DNA of 64,000 bases from Alphaproteobacteria bacterium. GTDB taxonomy: Bacteria; Pseudomonadota; Alphaproteobacteria; Rs-D84. Under the pieces are notes generated by a model that saw only the letters and a program-made list of their open reading frames with translations, was not told where the DNA came from and made no database searches. Positions 18,243 to 28,562 of this stretch are shown here, piece after piece. The stretch lies in contig JAWPOF010000001.1 in the NCBI GenBank assembly GCA_033345275.1, positions 16,839 to 80,838 of the forward strand, written 5' to 3'. How positions within the stretch are numbered: the first letter of the stretch is position 1; each line of letters starts with the position of its first letter. A program made the position numbers and the translations under genes.

Positions 18243-20192
18243 ATGAATAAAAAAATACAAAAGTTGATAAAAAATGTTGATGTTGTATCGTTTGACATAT
18301 TTGATACACTATTATTTCGGCCATATGTACGACCAATAGATTTGTTTTTGCATATTGAAAAGCACTGTAATGCACCGTTCTTTATGACATGCCGTGTGGC
18401 AGCAGAATGGAATGTACGTCAGAAAAACCCGGCCAAGCAAGATATTACATTTGATGAAATTTATGAGGAAATCGATGGATGCTTTAAACATCTGAAGTCG
18501 ATAGAGCTGGATTGGGAACGTATGGTGTTGCGCCCTAATCCAGAAATGAAGGAAATCTGGGATTTCGCACGTGAAAATGGCAAAAAAATCGTTGTTGCAT
18601 CTGATATGTATTTGCCGACAGAATTTATCGCAGATGTATTGGATAAGAATGGGTTTGGTGGTTATGACAGGCTGTATGTATCGGGCGACATCAACCAGAC
18701 CAAGGCACGCGGGATACTGTTTGATACAATAATTCGCGATATGGGGGTGCCGGCAAACAAAATACTGCATATTGGCGACAATAAAAAATCAGACTATAAA
18801 AGACCGCGTGAACATGGGTTGCGGGCATATTTGTATCCGCACCTGGTGAAAACCTTTCTGAAAAATAATGTTCGCATGGCTAAGTTTTATCGCAAACAGG
18901 ATGATAACCTGGGGGCAAGTATTCTGGTGGCGATTATGGCAATGCGTGACCAGGTCGAACGTATGGGGATGGCAGTTGCCAAAAATTACTGGGAAAAATT
19001 GGGCTATGAATATGGTGGCCCGGTAATTTATGGTTATACGCGTTGGATTGAACAGACGGCACAGAATCAGGGGATTGACCACTTGATGTTTGTGGCACGT
19101 GATGGATACAGTTTACAGCGTGTTTTTAACACATTTAATAACACAATAAAGAATTCATATGTTTATGCGCCACGGTTCTTGAACCTGATTTGTCGGTTGG
19201 ATTATTGGAAGAAAGATACCAAGCAATCTGGGGCAATTATCGAATATTTTCGCGCCAAGGATAAACGGATTGAAAAATTAGCGGGGGCGACGCAATTACA
19301 AAAATGGTCTGATTATCATGAATTTATTCAGAACAATATAGATATTTTTGGCGAATTAGCGGGCGCAGAACGCGACAATTACAAGGCATACCTGCTGAAA
19401 AATGCCAAGGCAACGGATAAAATTGCGGTTGTTGATACGATAAGTTCTGGCGCCCTATCATCGCAAAGATTGATTGAACAGGTATTAGAAAATAAAACCC
19501 GTGGTTTATACTGGTCTGTATTAAATAATCGCCTAGGTTATGCTTATCAATATTCTCAATTACTTATCAATGACAAAGAGGTCAAACACATCATAACTAA
19601 GAACTGGAATTTTATGGAATTTCTGATGACGGCACCAGAATATCCAATTAAAAACCTGACAAATGATGGATTGCCGATATATGACCCGAATCCGACGGAT
19701 GCCGAACAATTTCGTCGCGAAATCTATCCATTTGTATCCGACGGTGCGGTTGATTTTGCAAATTATGTTAAACAATGGTTTAATGGGGCCGATATTTATC
19801 TGGATGGGGCAACATTGGTGCGGTGGGTAAATTGCCTGTGTGATAATCCGACCAAGACGGACCACAAAAATATGGCAAACATTAAACATGCGTACGACAG
19901 TGCACACAGCGATTATCAACCGCTGTTCAGTGTTAAAATTCCACTGTCATACGCGATAAAACATCCATGGCGCGCAATGAAACTGGCACAGCATGCACGT
20001 TGGAAAACATTGCCACAAACAATTGTTACATGTATAACATCACCGATAAAAATCCGGATGCGTGGGTTGAAACAAATTCGTGTTCATATTTTCCCGCGTT
20101 TGCAATATAGATACATGAACTTTGTATTACGTTTCACCCGCAAGTGTTTTTATCAAATCTGCGTCGGCAAACCACAGGAGATTAAGTCGTGA
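18243..20192 (+). CDS. HAD-superfamily-domain protein with a large uncharacterised C-terminal region
   Basis: FDIFDTLL is HAD motif I, and GDNKKSD fits motif IV. The protein is 649 aa. Confidence 0.55.
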   Translation: MNKKIQKLIKNVDVVSFDIFDTLLFRPYVRPIDLFLHIEKHCNAPFFMTCRVAAEWNVRQKNPAKQDITFDEIYEEIDGCFKHLKSIELDWERMVLRPNPEMKEIWDFARENGKKIVVASDMYLPTEFIADVLDKNGFGGYDRLYVSGDINQTKARGILFDTIIRDMGVPANKILHIGDNKKSDYKRPREHGLRAYLYPHLVKTFLKNNVRMAKFYRKQDDNLGASILVAIMAMRDQVERMGMAVAKNYWEKLGYEYGGPVIYGYTRWIEQTAQNQGIDHLMFVARDGYSLQRVFNTFNNTIKNSYVYAPRFLNLICRLDYWKKDTKQSGAIIEYFRAKDKRIEKLAGATQLQKWSDYHEFIQNNIDIFGELAGAERDNYKAYLLKNAKATDKIAVVDTISSGALSSQRLIEQVLENKTRGLYWSVLNNRLGYAYQYSQLLINDKEVKHIITKNWNFMEFLMTAPEYPIKNLTNDGLPIYDPNPTDAEQFRREIYPFVSDGAVDFANYVKQWFNGADIYLDGATLVRWVNCLCDNPTKTDHKNMANIKHAYDSAHSDYQPLFSVKIPLSYAIKHPWRAMKLAQHARWKTLPQTIVTCITSPIKIRMRGLKQIRVHIFPRLQYRYMNFVLRFTRKCFYQICVGKPQEIKS

Positions 20193-21289
20193 AAAAATTA
20201 TCGGTTATTATACCAGTTTATAATGTAGAAGAATATTTGGAAGAATGTTTAAACAGTGTTTGTAATCAAACACTGACGGACATGGAAATCATCTGTGTCA
20301 ACGATGGTTCAACAGATAATTCTGGGGAAATTTTACGTAAATTTGCAAAAAAAGACAAACGCATTCAAGTCATAGAACAGGAAAATGCAGGTTTGTCAGC
20401 CGCGCGAAATACCGGCATGAAATATGCAACAGGGGAATATATCACATTCTTGGATTCCGACGATTGGATTTCTTTGGATTACTATGAAACGCTGTATAAT
20501 TCCGCCAAAGAACATGATGCAGATATCGCCGCTGGGAATGTCATATCATGGTTCCATAATGCAAAAATGGGTTTTGGATATGCATCGAAATTCTCGTTTT
20601 CAGATATGAAAGATGTTATTGTAACACATACAGATAAAAACAATATATTGCAATCATGTGCAGTATGGAACAAAATTTATAAGCGAGAATTGATCATTGA
20701 TAATAATTTACATTTTTATCATGGAAAAATGGTCGAAGATTTTCCTTTTACGTTCTTGGCCGTTGCATTGGCTGGTAAAATTGTTTGTTGCCCATTTACA
20801 TTCCTGTATTATCGTCAACGGGGAACCTCTATTATGCAGGACCCAACAAAGCAGGTTCGTAATGCATGGGATGTTCTGGATAATTATAAGACTCTGTATT
20901 CTGATTTACAAAAGCTGGATGTGTTGCACAAGGACTATTATAATAATGTTTTAAGATTATTTGCATTACAAAACTTATTGGCATGGGCACAAAAAATTCC
21001 CAAAAAGCAAAGAAAAGATTATTGCAATAACGTGCGACATTTTATTACAAATTTAAAAACGCCTGTTTTTGAGTGCTGGGGTTCGTATTGGACCATGGTT
21101 TACAAGGTTATGCGTTCCGATGTTATGAACAAAATATTTAATATAAAATACACACAATACAAAACGGAATGCAGGTTGTTTTTTGTTCCATTGTTAAGGA
21201 TTAAAAATATAGAACAGACCGATATGGCGTGGTTATTATTTGGCCTGCTGCCAATTTATAAAACACACAATCAGGAGATTAAGTCGTGA
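20189..21289 (+). CDS. Family 2 glycosyltransferase
   Basis: VIIPVYNVEEYL...VNDGSTD...FLDSDD. The start overlaps the upstream stop, indicating a coupled operon. Confidence 0.8.
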   Translation: MKKLSVIIPVYNVEEYLEECLNSVCNQTLTDMEIICVNDGSTDNSGEILRKFAKKDKRIQVIEQENAGLSAARNTGMKYATGEYITFLDSDDWISLDYYETLYNSAKEHDADIAAGNVISWFHNAKMGFGYASKFSFSDMKDVIVTHTDKNNILQSCAVWNKIYKRELIIDNNLHFYHGKMVEDFPFTFLAVALAGKIVCCPFTFLYYRQRGTSIMQDPTKQVRNAWDVLDNYKTLYSDLQKLDVLHKDYYNNVLRLFALQNLLAWAQKIPKKQRKDYCNNVRHFITNLKTPVFECWGSYWTMVYKVMRSDVMNKIFNIKYTQYKTECRLFFVPLLRIKNIEQTDMAWLLFGLLPIYKTHNQEIKS

Positions 21290-22152
21290 AAAAGTTTTTT
21301 GTAAATGTTTTTTGTGCGTTCGTACCTTCAAAAAAAATGCGTGGAAAAATACGTAGCAGAATGTTACCAAAACCAGACACCAGAAATGTTGAACGTGTAA
21401 TAAATAATGTCTGGGCACAAAAATCTGAAATGGAGACATGGGTCAACCGTAATACAGAAAAAAAATTATCAACCGCATTTTTACACCAAAAAACATTTCT
21501 AAAATTCAAAGGAATTAACACGGGAAAAGACATTGTATTAATTGCGACTGGACCATCATTGAAAAAATTTATTCCAATAAAAAACGCCGTCTATATCGGG
21601 GTTAACCATGCTTTTAAGTGTGACAAAGTAAAATTGGACTATCTGTTTGCACAGGATTATTTGGGGTTGAAGGATTGTATTGATTTAATGAATGAATATA
21701 AAGGAAATAACTGTGTGAAATTTTATGGTCTAACAACAGAATTTGACACACAATGGGATCGCGTAATTCCAGAAAGTCATGCAATTAAGGCAAATGCACT
21801 GAGATATCGTACAGATTGGGAAGAAGTTAGTGGTAATTTTAAATGTAGATTCGCATACGACATATCCGTACAATCGTTGGGATGTTTTGGTTCTGTTGTA
21901 TTTCCTGCCTTGCAGTTTGCCCTGTGGACAAATCCTAGACGCATATACATTGTTGGGTGCGACTGTAATAATGGTGGGCATTTTGACAATACAAAATCTG
22001 CAGATCTAAGCTATCTATTAAAACCATGGGCAGAATTTAAAAAATTTGCAAGAACATATTATCCAGAAACCGAAATTATATCTGTGAACCCCGTTGGATT
22101 GCGTGGTTTGTTTACTGACTTTGAACAAGAAAAGGAAAAACATGAAGTATAA
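21286..22152 (+). CDS. MptE-like/DUF115-type putative glycosyltransferase; possibly a nonulosonate transferase, which is inference
   Basis: GTG start within the repeated junction. IATGPSL and GVNHAF motifs. Confidence 0.4.
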   Translation: MKKFFVNVFCAFVPSKKMRGKIRSRMLPKPDTRNVERVINNVWAQKSEMETWVNRNTEKKLSTAFLHQKTFLKFKGINTGKDIVLIATGPSLKKFIPIKNAVYIGVNHAFKCDKVKLDYLFAQDYLGLKDCIDLMNEYKGNNCVKFYGLTTEFDTQWDRVIPESHAIKANALRYRTDWEEVSGNFKCRFAYDISVQSLGCFGSVVFPALQFALWTNPRRIYIVGCDCNNGGHFDNTKSADLSYLLKPWAEFKKFARTYYPETEIISVNPVGLRGLFTDFEQEKEKHEV

Positions 22153-22819
22153 CGAAGTAACAGCAGTAATTGTAGCCCGTGGTGGCAGTGTAAGAATACC
22201 GTCTAAATCGCTGTTAGTTTTAGAGGGCGAAAGCTTGATAGAACGTAAAATACATCAGTTGCAAAATTGTAAAAAAATAAACCGAATCGTGTTCGGATCT
22301 GACAATCAGGAAATGTTAGAGGTCGCAAAAAAAGCCGGTGCAGAAATTGTAAAACGTCCAGATTTCTATTGCGATGAAAAACAGGCCAGTGCAAACGATA
22401 TGATTGCAAATATGATGGATTTAATGAAAACTGACGTTGTCGTTTGGGCACATTGTACAAATCCATTATTGTCAGCACAGACATACGATAATGCTGTTGG
22501 AAAGTTTTTGGAACTTTATCCGAAATATGACAGTTTGTTATCCGTAGTCGAATTGAGAGAGCATTTATGGTCAGAAGAAAAACATCCCCTAAATTACAAT
22601 CCGTATGGTCCAAGACATGTTCCAGCCAGAGATTTGCCACCGTATTATATGCAGGATGGGGGAATATTTATTCAGCCGTATCAACAGATGAAAGCAAACA
22701 GCTATTTCTTTGGCAAAAAACCATATTTGTTTCAAATTCCAAATGAAGAATTTTTAGACATTAATGAAAGAAAAGATTATTTGTTGGCCAAGGCTATATT
22801 AGAAGATAGAGCACGATAA
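22142..22819 (+). CDS. CMP-nonulosonate (NeuA/PseF/LegF-like) cytidylyltransferase family protein
   Basis: AVIVARGGSVRIPSKSL...CTNPL...PPYYMQDGGIFI. A terminator follows at 22822-22848. Confidence 0.6.
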   Translation: MKYNEVTAVIVARGGSVRIPSKSLLVLEGESLIERKIHQLQNCKKINRIVFGSDNQEMLEVAKKAGAEIVKRPDFYCDEKQASANDMIANMMDLMKTDVVVWAHCTNPLLSAQTYDNAVGKFLELYPKYDSLLSVVELREHLWSEEKHPLNYNPYGPRHVPARDLPPYYMQDGGIFIQPYQQMKANSYFFGKKPYLFQIPNEEFLDINERKDYLLAKAILEDRAR

Positions 22820-22842
22820 AAAAACCGGGGTGACCCGGTTTT

Positions 22843-23319
22843 TTATTCGCTGGTGGCGATGGCGTTCGTTATTTGCCATGCAATCCGCATATTGGCGTTA
22901 TCTTCGTAGCTGGCAATTGTTATCTTGGTAGTAGAGCGCGTGCCAACCGTTATATGCGTGGTTGCCCAGTATGCAACTGCGTCGTTCTTGGTTAACAAAA
23001 CTTCATAATTCGTATTTGCCAGTTTTACAGGTAATGTGATTGTGGTTGCATTACCTGTGTAATGACCGCCTATATCAACAGCGCCACTTTTGTATTTGCG
23101 CCACCACATGGTGTCTGTGCGACCAGATTCTACAATATAATCAAGTGGCGTCAGGTCGGGGATTTCGCTGCGTTTCGCAAGGGTCGTGCCACCGGGTGTT
23201 TCGCCATCATGAACGCGCAGGGTGTTGTTTGTGGTGTCAACCGTGATTTCACCAGGCGCACCGGTAAATGTTTCGTGTTCGGCGGATGAGCCGCGTCTGA
23301 ATTGTATTTGTCGTGACAT
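22843..23319 (-). CDS. Phage tail-fibre N-terminal domain protein (remnant)
   Basis: QFRRGSSAEHETFTGAPGEITVDTTNNTLRVHDGETPGG matches the conserved tail-fibre N-terminal motif. Confidence 0.45.
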   Translation of the reverse strand: MSRQIQFRRGSSAEHETFTGAPGEITVDTTNNTLRVHDGETPGGTTLAKRSEIPDLTPLDYIVESGRTDTMWWRKYKSGAVDIGGHYTGNATTITLPVKLANTNYEVLLTKNDAVAYWATTHITVGTRSTTKITIASYEDNANMRIAWQITNAIATSE

Positions 23320-23570
23320 TTTTAATCCTTTTACTTTATAAGCGCGCCCGTTCCAGCGGCGTACATTCCAACATTATCTGAGATGAAAAATGATGCATAC
23401 CAACCGTTTCTTGCAAATTTACAATGCGAGAAACAGGAAATATTTCAGGCCATGTAGGAGTGCAATCTGCATTAACTATCGGAATTTTCAGGACTTTGTA
23501 CCCCGACAAAAAAGGCGTTGAAAAAGCATTTTTTTCATATACCATTGGCATAGAAGCAAAGGAATTTGAC

Positions 23571-25136
23571 ATGGATTTTACCCCCAAAACATTACCAACC
23601 AATCTGGAAGCGGAACAGGCTGTATTGGCCGCAGTGCTGATGAATAATCGGGCGTTGGAACGGGTTGGCGAATTCCTGAATCACAAACATTTTTCTCATC
23701 CTGCACACCAGGAAATTTATAAGTTGGCAGAAAAGCAATTCGCTGCTGGCATTCCATTCGATATTATCACTGCAAAAAATTATCTGGACCAACAGGGCGT
23801 TCTGGAATCTGTTGGTGGTGTTGATTACTTAAGCCAGCTGACCAGTGCCGGCGCAACCGTTGTTAATGTTGAACAATATGGACGCATTGTATATGAACAT
23901 GCGTTGCGTCGCGATTTAATCGCCCTGGCCCAAGATATATCGGACAAGGCATTTGTAGAAGATTTAGACAACCCAGTTGCGCGTCAGATTGAGATAGCAG
24001 AACAAAAGTTGTTTGATATGGCGACAACCGGAACATCTGAACGCGAAATTACATCTATTTTAAGTGCATTGCAAAGCGCCCTGGCCGAAGCAGAAATCGC
24101 GTACAAGGCAGATGGACAATTGTCTGGTCTGACAACGGGGCTGAATGCGTTGGACAAATCAATCAGTGGATTACACCATTCGGACCTGATTATTATCGCA
24201 GGACGACCAGCAATGGGAAAAACCACGTTGGCTATGAACATCGCGTTTAATGCCGCCCAGGCAATCGCGTTTGGTCGCGCGAATAAAAATTACAAGGGTG
24301 CGGTGGTGTTTTTCAGCCTTGAAATGTCGGCATCCCAATTGGCGGCGCGCGTACTGTCGTCGCAATCAAAAATTCCCGCAACCGCCATGCGCGAAGGTGC
24401 ACTGACCGATGAAGATTTCTTGAAAATGTCACAGTATTCCGCCGCAATTGGTCAGGTACCATTATTTATTGATGATACGCCAGGTATGTCGGTACCCATG
24501 ATGCGTACGCGTGCGCGGCGTTTGGCGCGCAAACATGGCGGGATTGCGCTGATTGTAATTGACTATTTGCAATTGATGACTTCGCCCGGGGGCAAGCACA
24601 ACGATAATCGCGTTCAGGAAATTTCTGAAATCACGCGTGGCCTGAAAATGTTGGCCAAGGAATTGGATGTGCCGGTTATCGCCCTGTCCCAGTTGTCACG
24701 TAGCGTAGAGTCTCGTGATGACAAACGGCCAATGCTGTCGGATTTGCGTGAATCAGGCTCGATTGAACAAGACGCTGATATTGTTATGTTCACATATCGT
24801 GAAGAATATTATTTGCAAAACCGCGACCCATCCGAACGTATGTCAAACACAACAAATAATGCCATGGTTGAAACTTGGCAGAAGCGATATGAACGCGCCA
24901 AGGGCAAAGCAGATATTATCATCGGCAAAAACCGACATGGACGTCCTGAAACGGTGCGGACTGCGTTCTTTGGTGATTACAGTTTGTTTGATAATCTGGA
25001 CGAATTTGAGGCTCGCGGGGAAAATGAATTTGCACAGCCGGCCTCTACAATTACAGCAGCACAACTGGCTGGCGACATGGATTCTGGCCCCACCGCAATC
25101 GACCCTGATGCGTTTCCAGATGATATGCCATTGTGA
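23571..25136 (+). CDS. dnaB: Replicative DNA helicase DnaB
   Basis: LEAEQAVLAAVLMNN at the N-terminus, Walker A GRPAMGKTT, and an acidic C-terminal extension. Confidence 0.9.
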   Translation: MDFTPKTLPTNLEAEQAVLAAVLMNNRALERVGEFLNHKHFSHPAHQEIYKLAEKQFAAGIPFDIITAKNYLDQQGVLESVGGVDYLSQLTSAGATVVNVEQYGRIVYEHALRRDLIALAQDISDKAFVEDLDNPVARQIEIAEQKLFDMATTGTSEREITSILSALQSALAEAEIAYKADGQLSGLTTGLNALDKSISGLHHSDLIIIAGRPAMGKTTLAMNIAFNAAQAIAFGRANKNYKGAVVFFSLEMSASQLAARVLSSQSKIPATAMREGALTDEDFLKMSQYSAAIGQVPLFIDDTPGMSVPMMRTRARRLARKHGGIALIVIDYLQLMTSPGGKHNDNRVQEISEITRGLKMLAKELDVPVIALSQLSRSVESRDDKRPMLSDLRESGSIEQDADIVMFTYREEYYLQNRDPSERMSNTTNNAMVETWQKRYERAKGKADIIIGKNRHGRPETVRTAFFGDYSLFDNLDEFEARGENEFAQPASTITAAQLAGDMDSGPTAIDPDAFPDDMPL

Positions 25137-25213
25137 TTTTGAATTATTTGCTTGCTAAAATTTCGAAAATTGACTATCGTTTTGTCAAGTATTAACTGCT
25201 TAGGAGTTTACTT

Positions 25214-26221
25214 ATGGCCCAAGAAGAAATTATTTTTCCAAATAATATCCGCAACATTCGATTGGCAAATGGCATGAAAATGACCGAACTGGCCAGACGT
25301 GCTGGTCTGTCTTTGTCCGCCGTTTCCAAGATTGAAAAGGGGGTGCGTCGCCTGAATCAGAAACAACTGCTGAATATTTGCAATATTCTGGGGTGCAAAC
25401 TGTCAGACATTTTCATCAAGGAATCTGATGATGTGGCCGATCAATGGCAAAATGAAATTAAACGCCGGATGTCGGACAATGAAAACAGTGGTCTGAAGGT
25501 GTTCGGCAGCGGACTGCGCAAAATCCGCCAACAGTGCGGTAAAACCATAGCACAGGCTGCCAAGGACGCAGGAATGACCTTGTCTGTTTATCATAAAATC
25601 GAGGTCGGACAACGCGAAATTTATCAAAATGAAATCGAACCGTTGGCAAAGTCATTTGCACTGGGCGCCGAAGAACTGTTTGATAAAATCGCGGTTTTGT
25701 ATAAGTCTGGCGAATTGAATAAACATATTAGCAAAGTCAAAGAACGCGTAAAATCTGTTCTGGTGCCAGGCAACCCGATGTCCGGCATGGATATGCATGG
25801 TGGGCTGTATGGGGCAAGACTTTACGACAGTGCACGCAAAAAACTGGTTCCTGTGTTCGGTGTGCCAGCAGGTAAGGCAATTTCATTCAAAAAATCCGAC
25901 AAAACCATGATTGTTGCGCCGATGCCTTTGGAAGGTCGTGTGGGCATCTATGCAGTGGCACCTAACTCAAAACGACTGGGCGGATTTGTGCCGGTAAAAT
26001 CGTATGTGTTCGCAGATGTGTCTGTGCCTGTACAACCGGGTGATTTGGCTGTGGCAATTGATGCGGAATTTGATACTTTGGATGCAGACACGGCTGTTAA
26101 TGCACAATTGGTCTGCGTTCGTCAGGATGCCAAGGGCAAACTTTATGGACAAATCTCGTCGCCTGAAGAAAAGATTATATACCAAACCATGCACAAGATT
26201 GTTATGATTGTTATGGAATAA
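25214..26221 (+). CDS. Transcriptional regulator with two tandem HTH_XRE domains and an S24/LexA-like C-terminal domain
   Basis: Two ELARRAGLS / AQAAKDAGMT HTH segments. The C-terminus has a VAP...GD beta-rich region. Confidence 0.6.
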   Translation: MAQEEIIFPNNIRNIRLANGMKMTELARRAGLSLSAVSKIEKGVRRLNQKQLLNICNILGCKLSDIFIKESDDVADQWQNEIKRRMSDNENSGLKVFGSGLRKIRQQCGKTIAQAAKDAGMTLSVYHKIEVGQREIYQNEIEPLAKSFALGAEELFDKIAVLYKSGELNKHISKVKERVKSVLVPGNPMSGMDMHGGLYGARLYDSARKKLVPVFGVPAGKAISFKKSDKTMIVAPMPLEGRVGIYAVAPNSKRLGGFVPVKSYVFADVSVPVQPGDLAVAIDAEFDTLDADTAVNAQLVCVRQDAKGKLYGQISSPEEKIIYQTMHKIVMIVME

Positions 26222-26245
26222 CAAGCCTAAGCAGAGAGAGAACCC

Positions 26246-26887
26246 ATGAACATCAAAACCAGTACAATAGCATTAAAATTGTTGAATCTGTACCGCCAAG
26301 AACATGTTATTATTGGCGGTTGGGCGGCGGTTAATCCAATCTTTGTAAACGAAGCGAACGATGATGTAATCAAGGAACTGAGAGACATGCCCACAGGTAA
26401 GGCATTGGTGCAACATATTGAAAACTTGCGCAATGGAAAAACCCCAATGGATTCAATTGACCCGGAACTGTTGCCATATGGCGGAATGATGATTGCCGAA
26501 GATACCGCAACAATTAAACTGACCCCCGGTCAATGGCACGAATTGGAAGACGCTCTTAATAATTTTACCCCCGACCAAATTGGACTGGACAGATTCATGG
26601 CACTTAATCTTGTGCGTGAATTTGGCGAAGAATGGCAAAATGCAATCCGTGTAGCATTGAATGCGCGGCCACAGTTATTGGATAAATGGAATATAGTAAA
26701 TCAGACATATAATGCGTACAGACTGTGGAATATGGCAAATGAAATTATTGCAAATCCTGTATCAGAACGTGCAAGGGCTCAGATTCAGGCCGATATGCCA
26801 GAATATGAAACTTATTTGCCTATGTTCGGTGACGCTGGGAACAAACTGTTGATGAAATTACGCACATTTGTCAGTGGCACAAACTAG
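26246..26887 (+). CDS. Hypothetical protein
   Basis: 213-aa ORF. Confidence 0.4.
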   Translation: MNIKTSTIALKLLNLYRQEHVIIGGWAAVNPIFVNEANDDVIKELRDMPTGKALVQHIENLRNGKTPMDSIDPELLPYGGMMIAEDTATIKLTPGQWHELEDALNNFTPDQIGLDRFMALNLVREFGEEWQNAIRVALNARPQLLDKWNIVNQTYNAYRLWNMANEIIANPVSERARAQIQADMPEYETYLPMFGDAGNKLLMKLRTFVSGTN

Positions 26888-27258
26888 TCATTTTCTGATG
26901 TTCTGTATATTGTGTCGTATGCGTGTGGCGTACCAATGTAAATCATTGCGCCATTTGGTGACAGTATAAAATCCAGTTCTCGCAAACGTTCACGCATGTT
27001 TTCTCTTTTCTGTGGGGTGTTGGATGTGTTTGGGACCTCGACATCGTCACATATAATCAAATCTGCACGCAGTCCTGTTATATTACCATGTAATCCCTGG
27101 CAAATAACTGACGGTTCTCGAATTCCAATTGGGCGATTAACCGTAAGACGGCTGGACGCCCATTCTTTTTTATTCTGTGGCACCAGGTGTTCACACCATG
27201 GATGATTTTCCAGTATATGACGAATGTGCGTAACCATGCGCGACGCCAACCCCACCAT
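26884..27258 (-). pseudogene. Phage terminase large-subunit-like fragment
   Basis: LIICDDVE (Walker B-like) and IYIGTP. Only 124 aa. It overlaps the neighbouring ORF in another frame. Confidence 0.3.
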
Positions 27259-27826
27259 TTAACAACGGCAAAGCATCACCAACATAGTCGGCAGATACAA
27301 CTTCATCCATGGACAACAGCTCATTCCATTGGCGAACACCAACAACCGCAAAACGACGACCATCGTCTGGAACGTCATTAGTGTTCAAGACTTCGACCGC
27401 GGATAAAATCAAATCTTTGGTCAGGCCTGTCGAATAATCCCCAATACTGGTCGTCGCATTGTTCATGGCAGATACGATTAACTCGTCGGTCTTGCGGCCC
27501 AGTGCGTATGCGCCCGCAGACGCTACAACACGACGCTCGTCAATATTGACCTTTAATTCATCCAATGCATCAACCCAATCACCTGCATCATAATCAAATA
27601 ACATACACTCAACTGGTTCATGATTCAGATTCATCACAGGAACAATGCCATGACGCGATTTAGTACTGGCCGTGCCACGGCCAACCTTTTGAAAAGTTGT
27701 GGACGCACCGACAACACCAGATTTGCTGCGAACGGTTGAACGCAGTTTTGTACCCATTTGCTGGTACGCTAAATGAACATCGGCTTCGAATTGTTTCACA
27801 AATACATTATCTATGGAAACAGACAT
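27191..27826 (-). pseudogene. Phage capsid-like structural protein fragment
   Basis: 211 aa with a composition and spacing reminiscent of major capsid proteins, but no diagnostic motif. The adjacent degraded reading frames suggest decay. Confidence 0.25.
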
Positions 27827-28002
27827 GTAAAAATCCTTTGGTAAAAAAATTAAACATAGGTATCTATGATACCTGGGTTAAATTTTGTATTTTGGTTATG
27901 CATATAATGCGCCATCAGACAAAAATGTTTTGGTCCGCAGATGCGGATTGTCCATTAAAAAATATCAGTCAGACATGCGCAAATATCTGACTGATACTTT
28001 TA

Positions 28003-28032
28003 TTAAAAAACCCCGCGAATGCGGGGTTGATA
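28003..28032 (-). terminator. Rho-independent terminator downstream of the H1-like gene
   Basis: Minus strand reads ccccgcattcgcgggg followed by tttttt. Confidence 0.6.
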
Positions 28033-28039
28033 ATTTATA

Positions 28040-28447
28040 TTATTTCTTCTTGCAAACTTTTTTTGCTGGTGCTTTTTTTGCAACTGGTTTTGCAACCGGT
28101 TTCGCAACAACTTTTTTTGCTGGTGCTTTTTTTGCAACTGGTTTCGCAGCAACTTTTTTCGCTGGTGCTTTTTTTGCAACTGGTTTCGCAGCAACTTTTT
28201 TCGCTGGTGCTTTTTTTGCAACTGGTTTCGCAGCAACTTTTTTCGCTGGCGCTTTTTTTGCAACTGGTTTTGCGGCAACTTTTTTCGCTGGTGCTTTTTT
28301 TGCAACTGGTTTCGCAGCAACTTTTTTCGCTGGCGCTTTTTTTGCAGCAGGTTTTGCAGCAACTTTTTTCGCTGGTGCTTTTTTTGCAGCAGGTTTTGCA
28401 GGCGTCACTTTTTTAGCCGCTGTTTTTTTTGTAAATAAAAATGCCAT
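28040..28447 (-). CDS. Histone H1-like Lys/Ala-rich protein with about 9 tandem 14-aa repeats ([14 protein letters not shown])
   Basis: Tandem 42-nt repeats in the DNA. The start was moved to MAFLFTKK at 28447, which has AGGAG upstream. Confidence 0.7.
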   Translation of the reverse strand: MAFLFTKKTAAKKVTPAKPAAKKAPAKKVAAKPAAKKAPAKKVAAKPVAKKAPAKKVAAKPVAKKAPAKKVAAKPVAKKAPAKKVAAKPVAKKAPAKKVAAKPVAKKAPAKKVVAKPVAKPVAKKAPAKKVCKKK

Positions 28448-28562
28448 TCTTTCTCTCCTTGTATATATATAAAGTTTTCCACAGAACAAATCTGTTTTTG
28501 TTCTTGATTGTATTTTATCGTAATTACAAAACTTAGTAAAGCAGAAAGTGCATTTTTTCAAA

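Noticed and set aside
23336-23602. 88-aa minus ORF upstream of dnaB
   Set aside because: It overlaps the dnaB RBS and start region and is likely spurious.
28003-28447. Regular about 42-nt tandem repeats that could be mistaken for a CRISPR array
   Set aside because: There are no unique spacers. The repeats are in-frame and encode the [14 protein letters not shown] units of the H1-like protein. Alternate-frame ORFs 28003-28362 and 28027-28416 are repeat artefacts.
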